Shown here one piece after another: positions 50,699 to 61,025 of a stretch of 64,000 nucleotides of DNA. The notes beneath the pieces were generated by a model. The model had not been told where the DNA came from. It saw only the letters and a list, made by a program, of their open reading frames with translations, and did not search any database. Numbering within the stretch: position 1 is the stretch's first letter; each line of letters opens with the position of its first letter. The translations under genes were made by a program, and so were the position numbers. The stretch comes from Ktedonobacteria bacterium (GTDB taxonomy: Bacteria; Chloroflexota; Ktedonobacteria; Ktedonobacterales; JACDGC01): contig DAIDGU010000057.1 of assembly GCA_027459785.1 (NCBI GenBank), positions 34,150 to 98,149 on the forward strand, given 5' to 3'.

Positions 50699-50812
50699 GC
50701 CGCCGCTCAACTTGGCTATACGGTGTTAGCCTTCATGATCACATGTTATCGGCCAGGAGGACCAAAGCACGCCGCAAAGTGGTCGGCTGATTTTAAATCT
50801 CGGCGACCGTAA
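50699..50812 (+). pseudogene. C-terminal remnant of a DUF4258-like toxin gene
   Basis: Frame reads QLGYTVLAFMITCYRPGGPKHAAKWSADFKSRRP*; in-frame stop at 50663, no full N-terminus. Confidence 0.5.
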
Positions 50813-50838
50813 ACTAGGTACGTAATGGAGGATACAGT

Positions 50839-51084
50839 ATGCAGCCTAAAGGGTCTTGTCCACGCTGTGGGATCGGCATGTTAGCACCAGAAGTGGTTGA
50901 AGAGACTTTAATTGTAGGACCAAATGCCGTACAAGTCACGGTCGAAGCCGACGTCTGCTCGTACTGTGGCGAACGTTGGTTTGCTCCCCCGGCAATTGCC
51001 ACCATCGATGTTGCTATCCAGCATTTGCGTACTGGTGATCTCTCGCACCTAAACCACATCGGCGAGGTGTATAAAGCTTCCTAA
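50839..51084 (+). CDS. YgiT/MqsA-type zinc finger protein
   Basis: CPRC and CSYCGERWF; GGAGG RBS. Confidence 0.8.
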   Translation: MQPKGSCPRCGIGMLAPEVVEETLIVGPNAVQVTVEADVCSYCGERWFAPPAIATIDVAIQHLRTGDLSHLNHIGEVYKAS

Positions 51085-51199
51085 ATATAGGGCGTCACCG
51101 CTCTTGCACCATCATCTTGGCTGGCAATTAGAATTGGCGTCCACGATCCCACCCCTGCTAGCACGGCAAAAAGTCGCGCTCGGCAACGGTTTACTTTTC

Positions 51200-51610
51200 G
51201 GCGAAAGATATCCACGTTTCCCCAGCCCCTACGTATTACTAAAGATCTTTATTCTAAATAGATAGAAGATAGTCGTCGTCGTAATAGGGCCGTGGACGGT
51301 GTGGACATCTCGCCCGCCCCCAGGCGCAGCCAGGCATGGTGCATGCTCTAGTATGTGGATAGGGTGTGGTTGGCATGCGGGCAGGATGTGGAGGCGCGTG
51401 GATATCTTCTGCGTCAGCGATCAGTTATGCCCCACTCATCCACAGTCGTCCCCAACGGGTCCACACCTTCTCCGCATATCCCCAATGGCTTCCACATGTG
51501 GATAACTGATTGTGGATAGCGTGGATGATCGCTCTCCCCAGGGCATCCACAATCCGCCAACCACTTCTCTACCCTTTGTCCACGCACTTTTCCACAATCA
51601 TGTGGATAAC
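51200..51610. other. Probable chromosomal replication origin (oriC)
   Basis: More than 15 DnaA-box matches (perfect at 51497, 51588, 51601; 8/9 at 51354, 51436, 51511); AT-rich core 51230-51287 with trinucleotide repeats; no credible ORF. Confidence 0.82.
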
Positions 51611-51646
51611 TTTGCTGGCGGACAGGAATGGTCGCTCTACGCACTT

Positions 51647-52474
51647 TTAATGGAAGCTGAGGACGAGCGAGCGCACGACCAGCCCCCAGCCATCCACCAG
51701 CACGAAGAGCAGCAGCTTGAAAGGCAAGGAGACGATGGTGGGCGAGAGCATCATCATGCCGACCGACATCAGCGATGTGGAAACGACCAGATCGATGACG
51801 ATGAAGGGCAGCAGGATCAAGAAGCCCATCTGAAACGCCGTCTTGATCTCGCTGAGGATGAAGGCGGGAATCAGCACATACGTTGGCACGTCGGCTTGAG
51901 TGCGCGGTGCTGGCATCTTCGCCAGGTAAACGAAGAGCGAGAGGTCTTTTTCGCGTGTCTGACGGAACATGAAGGCGCGTAGCGGCACCTGGGCGCGGTC
52001 CAGCGCGACTTGCTGCGAGATCTTGCCCTGCGAGTAGGGGGTGAGCGCGGTAGCATTGATCTGTTGCCAGGTGGGGGCCATGACGAACACCGTCAGGAAA
52101 AGCGCCAGCCCGACGATCACCTGATTCGGCGGCACCTGCTGCGCGCCCAGGCCGGAGCGCAGAAACGACAGCACGATCAGGATGCGCGTGAAGCCGGTCA
52201 GCATCATGATCAGCGAGGGTGCCAGGCTGAGGATGGTGATGAGCGCCAGCACCTCCAGCGGCACGCTGGTATCATTGGCTGAGGTGGTTGGCGGGGTGGT
52301 AACGTTCCCCGCCGGCGCGGTGGTCGTCGTGCCGGTCGGCCCGTTCACCGTGATCTGCAAGCCGGGTGTGCCGCTACCCGTCGTCGGCGCGGCGTCCAGC
52401 GAGCAGCCACCGAAAATCAAGGCCAGGGCAAAAATCCCCAGGCACAGCCAGCGTTGTCGTCTGATCCGTCGCAT
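51647..52474 (-). CDS. fliP: Flagellar type III export pore protein FliP
   Basis: [50 protein letters not shown]. Confidence 0.93.
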   Translation of the reverse strand: MRRIRRQRWLCLGIFALALIFGGCSLDAAPTTGSGTPGLQITVNGPTGTTTTAPAGNVTTPPTTSANDTSVPLEVLALITILSLAPSLIMMLTGFTRILIVLSFLRSGLGAQQVPPNQVIVGLALFLTVFVMAPTWQQINATALTPYSQGKISQQVALDRAQVPLRAFMFRQTREKDLSLFVYLAKMPAPRTQADVPTYVLIPAFILSEIKTAFQMGFLILLPFIVIDLVVSTSLMSVGMMMLSPTIVSLPFKLLLFVLVDGWGLVVRSLVLSFH

Positions 52475-52617
52475 CGTGTCGTCCCTCCGCCATCATTGTC
52501 CCTTTCAGGTGTACTCCATCGCTGGCGATTTCTAGAGGGGCAAAGGTCACGAAGCGGGTGGGATGAAGGGCGGGATTCTTTTCAGAGGGACTATCGCACA
52601 AGTGGACTTGTGTACTC

Positions 52618-52645
52618 TCAAGAGATATCCTGGCTGCGCCGATGA
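52618..52645 (+). promoter_or_regulatory. Candidate sigma-28 (FliA/WhiG) promoter
   Basis: TCAA-N16-GCCGATGA upstream of the ORF at 52783. Confidence 0.35.
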
Positions 52646-52782
52646 ACATGGGTACAACGGCGAAGGCAGCCGATGGCACGAGCGCCACACGTGTCGGTTG
52701 GCCAGCCCGCGCCGCGCGCACGATGCGCCAGACATCTAAACGCGCGGCGTGCCGCGCGGCCTTGAAAGGGGCGACGTGCAGT

Positions 52783-53085
52783 ATGCCCATGCCTTTACCG
52801 GTGCCTGATCCATCTGATGAGGATTGCGTTTGGGATAGTGCCTTTGACTTCGACGACGAGGCGGATGATCCGGTCGATCTGCTCCTGCCCGTCGATACGC
52901 CCCTGGCCGACCAACTGGCGCTGGACGACCTCTTCGACCAGGGTTTTACGTGGGAGGAGGGTTTGCGATTGTTGATTCTGCGCGAACACCTTTATGACGT
53001 GCCGGAAATGCGTGAGCGTGTCACCGGTGATCCCCATCTGCACTTCCTGCGCTGGCTGTATGATCGGGGGGTGTATTCGAGCTAG
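52783..53085 (+). CDS. Small acidic hypothetical protein
   Basis: AAGGGG RBS; 100 aa ending LHFLRWLYDRGVYSS. Confidence 0.7.
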   Translation: MPMPLPVPDPSDEDCVWDSAFDFDDEADDPVDLLLPVDTPLADQLALDDLFDQGFTWEEGLRLLILREHLYDVPEMRERVTGDPHLHFLRWLYDRGVYSS

Positions 53086-53204
53086 GGCATGCCGGACGAG
53101 GTACGCCAGCAAACCGGCGACGCCGCCGGCACGCGCATCTGCCGGAAAGGCTGCACAGATCATGCTATGCTGGTGGAAGAACACGGATGAGCGAGGTGGT
53201 GGCG

Positions 53205-53891
53205 ATGAGTTTACTGACGAAGCGCGATATCATGAGCGTGATTGCGACGGGGGCGCTGGCCTTCACGCCGGAACTGGACGCCTTTCAGCTTCAGCCGCAC
53301 GCGGTGGATCTGCGGCTGGGCTTCACCTTTTTGGTGGCGCGGCGCTGGATCTTTAATCAGCTGGGGCGCATCGCCTTGCGGTCGGATCAGTTGGAAAGCG
53401 GCGCGGCGCTCTATGACACGATTGAGTTGGAACAAGGCCAGGTCTTCGATCTGTTGCCGGGTGAGGGCGTACTCGTCTCCACGCTGGAGGTGATCCGCAT
53501 GCCGGACGATCTGGTGGGGCAGATGTATCCGCGCTCGTCGGTGAACCGGCGCGGCCTGGCGGTGGACCTGAGCGGCATCATCGACGCCGGCTATGAGGGC
53601 AACTTGATCATCCCCGTGCGCAACAATGATCGCAGCGCGGTGGTGCGCCTCTATCCCGGCGAACGCTTCTGCCAGATCACCTTCACAGCACTTACGGGAC
53701 CGGTGGAGGTGCGTCGGAGTCGCTATCACCGCCGCGACATCGCCACGGGCGTGTTGCCGGAGCAAAACCAGGATGAGGTGCAATTGGTGCGCGCGGGTGA
53801 CATCACCGCGCTGAAGGCGCGCTACGGCATGACGCAGCCCCACCCCCCGGCCCCCTCCCCCGATGGAGAGGGGGAAAAGAACGGGAGTTAG
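53205..53891 (+). CDS. dcd: dCTP deaminase
   Basis: [32 protein letters not shown]-terminal tail reads through a REP. Confidence 0.88.
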   Translation: MSLLTKRDIMSVIATGALAFTPELDAFQLQPHAVDLRLGFTFLVARRWIFNQLGRIALRSDQLESGAALYDTIELEQGQVFDLLPGEGVLVSTLEVIRMPDDLVGQMYPRSSVNRRGLAVDLSGIIDAGYEGNLIIPVRNNDRSAVVRLYPGERFCQITFTALTGPVEVRRSRYHRRDIATGVLPEQNQDEVQLVRAGDITALKARYGMTQPHPPAPSPDGEGEKNGS

Positions 53892-54367
53892 CCGATGCGG
53901 CAGCTGGCGATGCCATGCTTCTCGTAGTAACGCTGGTGATATTCCTCGGCGCGATAGAACGTCGGGGTGGGAGCGATCTGCGTTACAATCGGCTTGGTAT
54001 AAATATGCGCGGCTTCCAGGTGCGCCTTGGATGCCAGCGCCGTCGCCTGCTGCTGCGGCGTGTGATAGAAGATGACGGAGCGATATTGATCGCCGACATC
54101 CGGCCCCTGGCGATTGAGTTGGGTGGGATCATGGTTTTCCCAGAAGACGTTCAATAGCTGTTCGTAGCTGACCTGTTGGGGATCGAATTCGACCTCCACG
54201 ACCTCGGCATGGCCGGTGGTGTGGCCGCACACATCGCGGTAAGACGGGTCGGTGGTGGTGCCGCCGGCGAAGCCGACTTGCGTGGCCACGACGCCCGGTA
54301 CCTGGCGAAAAGCCGCCTCCACATGCCAAAAACAGCCCGCGCCAAATGTTGCTTTTTCGGTTGCCAT
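53888..54367 (-). CDS. msrA: Peptide methionine (S)-sulfoxide reductase
   Basis: [33 protein letters not shown]. Confidence 0.95.
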   Translation of the reverse strand: MATEKATFGAGCFWHVEAAFRQVPGVVATQVGFAGGTTTDPSYRDVCGHTTGHAEVVEVEFDPQQVSYEQLLNVFWENHDPTQLNRQGPDVGDQYRSVIFYHTPQQQATALASKAHLEAAHIYTKPIVTQIAPTPTFYRAEEYHQRYYEKHGIASCRIG

Positions 54368-54520
54368 CGGTTGTACTGCTCCTTTACTAATCATACAGGA
54401 TGCCCTGCATACATTCTAGGATACAGTCGCGCAACCGGAAAGGATGTTACAAGGGATGGCGGGCGGGTGGGTGATGCGAGGGGGGACGGGGGACACGATA
54501 TATGGGGAACGGCGGGCGGG

Positions 54521-54666
54521 GACGGCGGGCGGTTGAAACCGCGCCTAAGGGCGTGCCGCCACGAAGTCCACCTGCGTGGACTAGGATCCAAGCCTGCGAC
54601 GGCGGGTTTCGTGGTCGCATAGCTCCATCGGCGCGCACATTGGTTTCAATCAATACCGCCCGCGTC
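54521..54666. repeat. REPIN-like inverted REP pair
   Basis: GGGCGGTTGAAACCGCG...AGTCCACCTGCGTGGACT followed by a degenerate inverted copy. Confidence 0.75.
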
Positions 54667-54716
54667 TCCTGTGCATATTACCAGCTATAGTGTTGGCGCG
54701 AGGAACATGGATCGAG

Positions 54717-55031
54717 CTAGTGGCTGTGGGTATATTCGCTGGTCTGGTGCTGGCTGCCGTTCGCCTGGTAGTGCGGCGCTTGATAGGTGTTGGGTGAGGA
54801 GGGGTAGCCGCTGGTGCTGCGGGACTGGAGCTGTTCGGCATAGTCGCCGACGAACTGACGGGCGTTGTTGAAGACGGTGCCGAGGGCTTCGGCGCGCTGG
54901 CCGATGAATGTGCCGAACTGGCCCAATTGCTCACGGCCATCTTCGCGGGAGGCCATGACGGCCACGCCGACGCCGGCGGCGAGCGCGAGCAGCGCGGGGA
55001 TCCGGCGGATGAACGAGCGACGCTTCTGCAT
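54717..55031 (-). CDS. Small hypothetical protein with one hydrophobic segment
   Basis: GAAAGGA RBS, GC3-rich codons. Confidence 0.65.
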   Translation of the reverse strand: MQKRRSFIRRIPALLALAAGVGVAVMASREDGREQLGQFGTFIGQRAEALGTVFNNARQFVGDYAEQLQSRSTSGYPSSPNTYQAPHYQANGSQHQTSEYTHSH

Positions 55032-55384
55032 AAGCGGAAAGGTTCCTTTCGCGGACGAAAATCAGGGGTGCGCCGCCACGCTTCTGGGGCATTTGCTGTG
55101 CCGCGCGACGGTACATCAGGAGTATGCCGCACGCGACCGGCGCTTGCGAAGGGCGGATCGTCCCCCATGTGCGGTCCCATCGGCCCGCGCCTTGATCGTA
55201 GGCTGGATCGCTTGCCGGATGTCCTGTTCAGCGAGCATCGTGGGTCGCATAAGACAGACGAAAACCGACTTGACCATCATCCTTTTGCTGCTGTGAACAG
55301 TAGTAAAAAGGGATGGGCGCTCCCGCGCGTCCGCGTGATATAATCTTGGCAGAGTGTCGTTGCCAACAAGGGGAACCAGCGATT

Positions 55385-56062
55385 ATGCAGACAGATTTAG
55401 GAACGAGCCTGGATGAAGGGCAGAACGCCGCAGAGATTTTACGCACCGCGCAACAGCCGGATGCCGAATTGCCGAAGGGCTGGACGGTTATCCCGCTCAA
55501 CCTGGCTACCGTGCGGCGCAACCTGCTTGGCTGGGTCGGTGGCGCGCTAGTCGGCTATGGCTTGTTCGCGCTGCTTTACCTGGCGGTGCGCGACGTGCTG
55601 ACGCCGCTCTCGCTATCGGGTTTGATCCTGGCGATCCTCGCCTTCATTGGTCTCGGCAGCACCTGGTTGGTTATCAAATACGTCCGCCTTTATGTTGGCC
55701 GCGCCCATCAGATCATCGTCATGACACCAGAGTTGTATGTGCAACAGCGTGGCGCAAACATCGTCAGCGTGCCGATGATCGACATCGAGCATATCACCCT
55801 GCGCGGTGTCTTTGGCGGCGATGCGTCGTATACGCAGATCGACGAACGCAACGTGAGCCACGCCGTCTTGGGTCTGGGCCAGATGCTGGGTGGTTCCCAG
55901 TCGCGTCGCGCCCGCCGCACGCCGGATTCCCTGGCCTTCGTCGATACGCGCAGCGCCAAACCTATCACCATCGCGGAAGATAATAGCTTCGCCGATCTGC
56001 CGGTGCTCGAAGAGTTACTGCGCACGTATGTCGATAACGCCCGTCGCGCCCGTAAGAACTGA
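55385..56062 (+). CDS. Hypothetical membrane protein (2 TM)
   Basis: Two hydrophobic helices; AAGGGGA RBS. Confidence 0.75.
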   Translation: MQTDLGTSLDEGQNAAEILRTAQQPDAELPKGWTVIPLNLATVRRNLLGWVGGALVGYGLFALLYLAVRDVLTPLSLSGLILAILAFIGLGSTWLVIKYVRLYVGRAHQIIVMTPELYVQQRGANIVSVPMIDIEHITLRGVFGGDASYTQIDERNVSHAVLGLGQMLGGSQSRRARRTPDSLAFVDTRSAKPITIAEDNSFADLPVLEELLRTYVDNARRARKN

Positions 56063-56173
56063 TCGGTTCCTTCGCCCTCGCTGCTGGCACGCGGCCCGAA
56101 CCGATCAGCGCACGGTGGGACGGTCGCGTGCTATTTTCGGTCAGCTACAGCAGAGAAGGAGCGATCTATCCTT

Positions 56174-57952
56174 ATGATCCGCGCTACCATCCAACGCATG
56201 ATCACCGCCGCCATCGCGGCGTTACACGAGCGGGGCGAATTCGCTCTGCCGGAGGCCGGCTTGCCCCTGGTGGAGATCGAGCGGCCCCAGCAAGCGCAGC
56301 ACGGCGATTACGCCACCACCATCGCGCTCAAACTGGCGCGGCCCCCGCAGTCGCGCGCCATCGCCGCGCAGATCGCCGCGTACCTGAACGAGACCGCGCC
56401 CCTCGTGCCGGCCTATGATCTCGTCGAGGCGGTCACGACGGCGGGGCCAGGCTTCATCAACGTGCGCCTGAAGCCGGAGTGGTTGCTGCGCCAGGCGCGT
56501 GCGCTCATCGAGGCCGGACCGGACGTGGGCGCGGTGGACGTGGGGCGCGGCAGCAGCATCAACCTCGAATTCGTCAGCGCCAATCCTACCGGGCCGGTCC
56601 ACATCGGCAACGGGCGCGGCGGCTTCATCGGCGACACGCTGGGCAACGTGCTGCGTGCTGCCGGTTACGCCGTCACCAAGGAATACTATTTCAACGACGC
56701 CGGCGCGCAGATCCAGAAGTTGGGCGGCTCGATTGAATATTACATGCGCCTGGCGCTGGGCCAGCCCGCCACGAAGCCGTTGGGGGCCGACGGCAAAGAA
56801 GAAGGCTATTTCGATAGCGAGGGCGACCCCGACGACACGTTCTATCAGGGTGTCGCGCGGCTGGTGCTGGCTGAAACCAACCAGGGCGCGGAGGTGCTGG
56901 ACCTGCCGGTGGACGCGCGCACGGCGGTGATCGGCAAACGCGCGGCACAGCATATCATCCAGAACATTCGCGCGACGATGCAGCGCCTGAACATCCAGTT
57001 CGACGTGTGGTTCAACGAAGCGTCGCTGGTGACGACCGGCGAGGTGCTGGCGGGCATCGAGACGTTGCGCGACGGCGGCTATCTCTTCCCGCAGGACGGC
57101 GCGACATGGATGGAGACGACCCGCTTCGGCGACGACAAAGACCGTGTCTTGATCAAATCCGATGGCGAGCGCACCTATGCTGCTTCGGACGTGGCCTATA
57201 TCCGCAACAAGCTCAATCGCGGTTTCGACCGCCTGATCTACGTGCTGGGGGCGGATCATCATGGCTACGTGGGGCGGCTGAAGGCGATGGCACAGATGTT
57301 TGGCTACACCGCCGACAAGGCGCATGTGTTGATCTATCAGCACGTGAACCTGAAGGTCGATGGCAAGTCGGAGCGGATGAGCAAGCGGCGCGGCAACGTC
57401 ATCACCCTCGACGACCTGGCCGACCTCGTCGGGCCAGACGTGATGCGCTTCTTCTACCTGATGCGCTCCGCCGATACGCACCTGGACTTCGATCTGGGCC
57501 TGGCGATGAAGCAGGGCGAGGAGAATCCGGGCTTGTCGGTGCAATATGGGCATGCGCGCGTGGCGGGCGTGCTGCGCAAAGCGGTGGAAGCCGGCTTCCA
57601 TCCTGAAAGCGAGGCGCTGAGCGCCGATCTGGCTGTGCTGACCAACGATCCGCCGGAGCAGCTCGCCGCCGAACTCGCTCTCATCCGCGAATTGCTGAAG
57701 CTGGAAGAGATCATCGAGCGCATCGCGCTTTCCCTGGAGCCGCATCACCTGACGAAATATGGTATGGATGTGGCGGCAGCCTTCCACGTCTTCTATGATC
57801 GCTGTCCGATGCTGCGCGCCGAGAGCGCCGAGGTGCGCAACGCTCGTTTCGCGCTGACGCTGGCCGCGCGCACGGTGCTGGCGCGCGTGCTCACCCTGCT
57901 GGGGATGGCCGCGCCGGACCGCATGGAGCGCGCCACCGACACAAGCGAATAA
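56174..57952 (+). CDS. argS: Arginyl-tRNA synthetase
   Basis: HGDYAT, GPGFIN, EFVSANPTGPVHIGNGR, GADHHGY, MSKRRG. Confidence 0.97.
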   Translation: MIRATIQRMITAAIAALHERGEFALPEAGLPLVEIERPQQAQHGDYATTIALKLARPPQSRAIAAQIAAYLNETAPLVPAYDLVEAVTTAGPGFINVRLKPEWLLRQARALIEAGPDVGAVDVGRGSSINLEFVSANPTGPVHIGNGRGGFIGDTLGNVLRAAGYAVTKEYYFNDAGAQIQKLGGSIEYYMRLALGQPATKPLGADGKEEGYFDSEGDPDDTFYQGVARLVLAETNQGAEVLDLPVDARTAVIGKRAAQHIIQNIRATMQRLNIQFDVWFNEASLVTTGEVLAGIETLRDGGYLFPQDGATWMETTRFGDDKDRVLIKSDGERTYAASDVAYIRNKLNRGFDRLIYVLGADHHGYVGRLKAMAQMFGYTADKAHVLIYQHVNLKVDGKSERMSKRRGNVITLDDLADLVGPDVMRFFYLMRSADTHLDFDLGLAMKQGEENPGLSVQYGHARVAGVLRKAVEAGFHPESEALSADLAVLTNDPPEQLAAELALIRELLKLEEIIERIALSLEPHHLTKYGMDVAAAFHVFYDRCPMLRAESAEVRNARFALTLAARTVLARVLTLLGMAAPDRMERATDTSE

Positions 57953-57965
57953 AAAAGGACGAAGG

Positions 57966-58159
57966 GACGGGAACACGGAGGCCACGGAAAATATGCACGG
58001 AGGCCACGGAAGGAGGTGAGGCGGAACGCGAGTTGACACGAAATGCCCGCGAAATGACGCGATGTATACGCTTGCAATCATCTCGCGTTATTTCGTGTTC
58101 CGTCTCTCTTTTCTTCCTGTGTCTTCCGGGCAAGTTTCCGTGTTTTCCGTGTTCCCGTC
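57966..58159. repeat. MITE-like palindromic element of CACGGA/TCCGTG units
   Basis: 14-bp terminal IR GACGGGAACACGGA / TCCGTGTTCCCGTC with nested internal IRs. Confidence 0.75.
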
Positions 58160-58183
58160 TTTCTTTAATGGGAGGGCTGAGCG

Positions 58184-58957
58184 ATGTTGCTGGCGATCGA
58201 TGTGAGCAATACGGGCATTAAGCTGGGGCTGTTTGAGGGGCGCGCGATGCGCGCCCGCTGGCGCGTGGCGACGGTCCGCGAGAAGACCGCCGACGAATAT
58301 GCCATGCTGCTGCTGGCGCTGTGCCAGAGCAAGGGCATCGCGTTGGACGCGATCGATGATGTGATCATCTCCAGCGTGGTGCCGCCGCTGACGCCCGTCA
58401 TGCAGCAGATGGCGCAGGGCTACCTGGGGCGCACGGCGCTCATCGTGGATCATCGCTCGCCGCTCGGCGTGGGACTGCTGACGGATAACCCGTGGGAGAC
58501 GGGGACGGACCGCATCCTGAGCGTGTTGGCGGCGAAAGAGATCTACAGTGTGCCGGCAGTGATCATCCAGTTCGGCACGGCGACGAGCTTCGACTGCGCC
58601 TCGCCGGAAGGCGACTTCCTCGGCGGGGTCATCGCGCCGGGGCTGGGCATCGCGGCGGAAGCGCTGGCACGCGCGGCCTCGCGGCTCTATCAGGTGGAAT
58701 GGACCGCGCCGCCGACGGTGCTGGGCAAGAACACCAGCCACACGATGCGTTCTGGCATTGTGTATGGTCATGCGGCGATGGTCGAGGGCATTGTGGCGCG
58801 GCTACGCCGCGAGATGCCGGGCGGCGAACGGGCCACGATCATCGCGCATGGTGGCCTGGCGGATGTCGTCGCCAGCGCCACGGATATCATCGACGTGCGC
58901 GCCCCCAACCTGCTGCTGGAAGGCTTGCAGCGGGCCTACGAACGTCTGCGTGGCTAG
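58184..58957 (+). CDS. coaX: Type III pantothenate kinase
   Basis: LLAIDVSNT, SSVVP, GTDR, FGTATSFD, GGVIAPG. Confidence 0.93.
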   Translation: MLLAIDVSNTGIKLGLFEGRAMRARWRVATVREKTADEYAMLLLALCQSKGIALDAIDDVIISSVVPPLTPVMQQMAQGYLGRTALIVDHRSPLGVGLLTDNPWETGTDRILSVLAAKEIYSVPAVIIQFGTATSFDCASPEGDFLGGVIAPGLGIAAEALARAASRLYQVEWTAPPTVLGKNTSHTMRSGIVYGHAAMVEGIVARLRREMPGGERATIIAHGGLADVVASATDIIDVRAPNLLLEGLQRAYERLRG

Positions 58958-59108
58958 CCCGCGCCAAATAGGCTAACGCTATTGACCCTACTGCTATCGT
59001 ATATAGAGAGTGATCGATGGCTACGATGATTGTTTGCGTAGCAGAGGTTTTGGGAGCTATATTGGATGTACTCACGGGCAGGACGGTAGCGAACGGCAGA
59101 GGTGGAGT

Positions 59109-60386
59109 ATGGCGAAATATCACTGGCTGTTGCCCATGATGAAGGCGTTGATCATCGTCATCACCACTGTTGGGGCGACGCTGGCGACGCTCACGTTCGG
59201 CGCGACGCCGGCGCTGCATGCCGTCCGCCCGGTGCAGACGCCATCTACGCCGGCCTTTCCGGCGGATACAACCACAGGTATCCATCTGGGGTTGCCTTTC
59301 AATTACGCCATCGCACCCTCCGATGAGGTCGCGCCGGTGGATTACGTCTTCGGCTCGAATTATCCCCAGACGCCCAGCACCGTCTATAACACGTTTTATC
59401 AGCCATTTCAACGTGATGGCGACGCTACCCATTCGCTCACATGGTGGCAGACGCAGCATCCCGACTGGATCGCGTATCAGTGCGACCAGCAGACGCCGGC
59501 CTATGAATTTGGCGATAAGAACATGCCGCTGGATATCGCCAATCCAGCGGTACTGGCTTATCTGTTGCAAACAGCAATCATCCCTGCCATCAACAAAGGC
59601 TATCCGAGCATCGCCTTTGATAATGTCGGCCTCGACAACAGCGCGCAGCGTTGCGGGGTGTGGCAGCAACAGAGCGACGGCACTCGCGCCTGGCACCAGG
59701 AATACAGTGGCCAGTATCATGATCCCGCTTATGCGCAGACGGTGCTTGCCTGGGCAAAATATATGCGCCAGCAGATCGATACGTATGTGCAACAGCACGG
59801 GCTGTCGCGCGTCACTATCACGATGAATCTGAGTGAAGATTATGAGCATCCTGAAGATTTCGCTCTCCTCGCGCCCTATTTTGACATCGACTACAATGAG
59901 GCTGGCTTCACGAATTGGGGCAATGGGCCGGTGACGGGTGCTGACTGGCTGACGCTGGCGCAGGAAGTGCAGACGCTGGACGCGGCGGGCAAAGCGGTCA
60001 TTCTAAACGGCGAGGAGCCGCAAGCCACCAGTGCGATCACCACGGCACAGATCCAATGGATTCTCGCAAACTACTTGCTCGTCAAAGGCCACCATACGTA
60101 CACCTATATCTCAGGTATGATCAATAGTGGGAAGCAGCAAGACTACGGACGCCTGATCCTGTTCCCGGAATATTATGCGCCGGTCGGCGCGCCGCTGGCA
60201 CCGATGCAGGCCGACGGTGGTGTGTATCAGCGCGCGTATGCGCATGGCCTGGTGTTCGTCAATCCTTCCGCCACCACGACCTATACGGTGCAGTTGCCCA
60301 GTGCCTTTTATACCGATCTTTACGGTCAGGTGTACCAGGGATCGCTGACGCTGACCCCGGCCTCCGGCATCATCCTGTTGGGCTGA
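59109..60386 (+). CDS. Exported putative glycoside hydrolase (TIM-barrel type)
   Basis: Signal-like N-terminus, QHPDWIAY, LDIANP, IAFDN, GVYQRAY.HGLVFVNPS. Confidence 0.65.
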   Translation: MAKYHWLLPMMKALIIVITTVGATLATLTFGATPALHAVRPVQTPSTPAFPADTTTGIHLGLPFNYAIAPSDEVAPVDYVFGSNYPQTPSTVYNTFYQPFQRDGDATHSLTWWQTQHPDWIAYQCDQQTPAYEFGDKNMPLDIANPAVLAYLLQTAIIPAINKGYPSIAFDNVGLDNSAQRCGVWQQQSDGTRAWHQEYSGQYHDPAYAQTVLAWAKYMRQQIDTYVQQHGLSRVTITMNLSEDYEHPEDFALLAPYFDIDYNEAGFTNWGNGPVTGADWLTLAQEVQTLDAAGKAVILNGEEPQATSAITTAQIQWILANYLLVKGHHTYTYISGMINSGKQQDYGRLILFPEYYAPVGAPLAPMQADGGVYQRAYAHGLVFVNPSATTTYTVQLPSAFYTDLYGQVYQGSLTLTPASGIILLG

Positions 60387-60392
60387 GCTTTT

Positions 60393-60620
60393 TTATTGGT
60401 CGTCATCCGCGCCCGGCTCCGGCAACTGCGCCCAGAGGGTGTTGCTGGCTGGCATGACATTGATTGCACTGACGACGGGCCTGCCGGTCACGGCTTCGCT
60501 GGCTTCACGGGCGGCTTTGGCTGCGCGTGCGGCGATGTCGATATCACGGGCAATCTCTTCGCGCCCGTGCGAATCATGGATCTGATGCTCTTCCGTGGCC
60601 AACGCCGATGAAAGTCCGGT
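60393..60620 (-). pseudogene. C-terminal fragment resembling a BRO-family/phage antirepressor protein
   Basis: LATEEHQIHDSHG...AAREASEAVTGRPVVS resembles BRO-protein C-termini from memory; no N-terminus. Confidence 0.4.
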
Positions 60621-61025
60621 GCTCGCTACACCGACGATGAACAGCTATGCTCGCTTTGAAAAGCAATTCACTCTTTCGTTGCTAGAAGTGAATTGCTCAT
60701 CCTGTCTGAGTTCCCTTTGATGAAAGCCCCTGCGGATGAGTTGAATAAAATAAATCGTGGCTCTCCGTCCTTTAAATCAAAGACAATGTATCTTGCTTGG
60801 CATCTGCTGATGTGAGATAAGCAATTGGCAATACTCAACTAAAAGATAGTAGTACCAATTCCACCCGGAAGGATGGAGACCCTAAATTATTCGCACATTG
60901 AGGGGGGGATGCATTCCTGCTATAATCAGGGCAAAGGGACCAGATGGGATGTCGCCCCGGTAACTCGCGCACACCACATCCGCTGGCGCGAACCGGCAGA
61001 TAGCGACCAGAAAGAGAAACACTTC

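Noticed and set aside
56222..58081. Long antisense ORFs (also 37547-39370, 9790-11274, 46117-47697, 19223-20404)
   Set aside because: Shadow frames of recognisable genes, expected in GC-rich DNA
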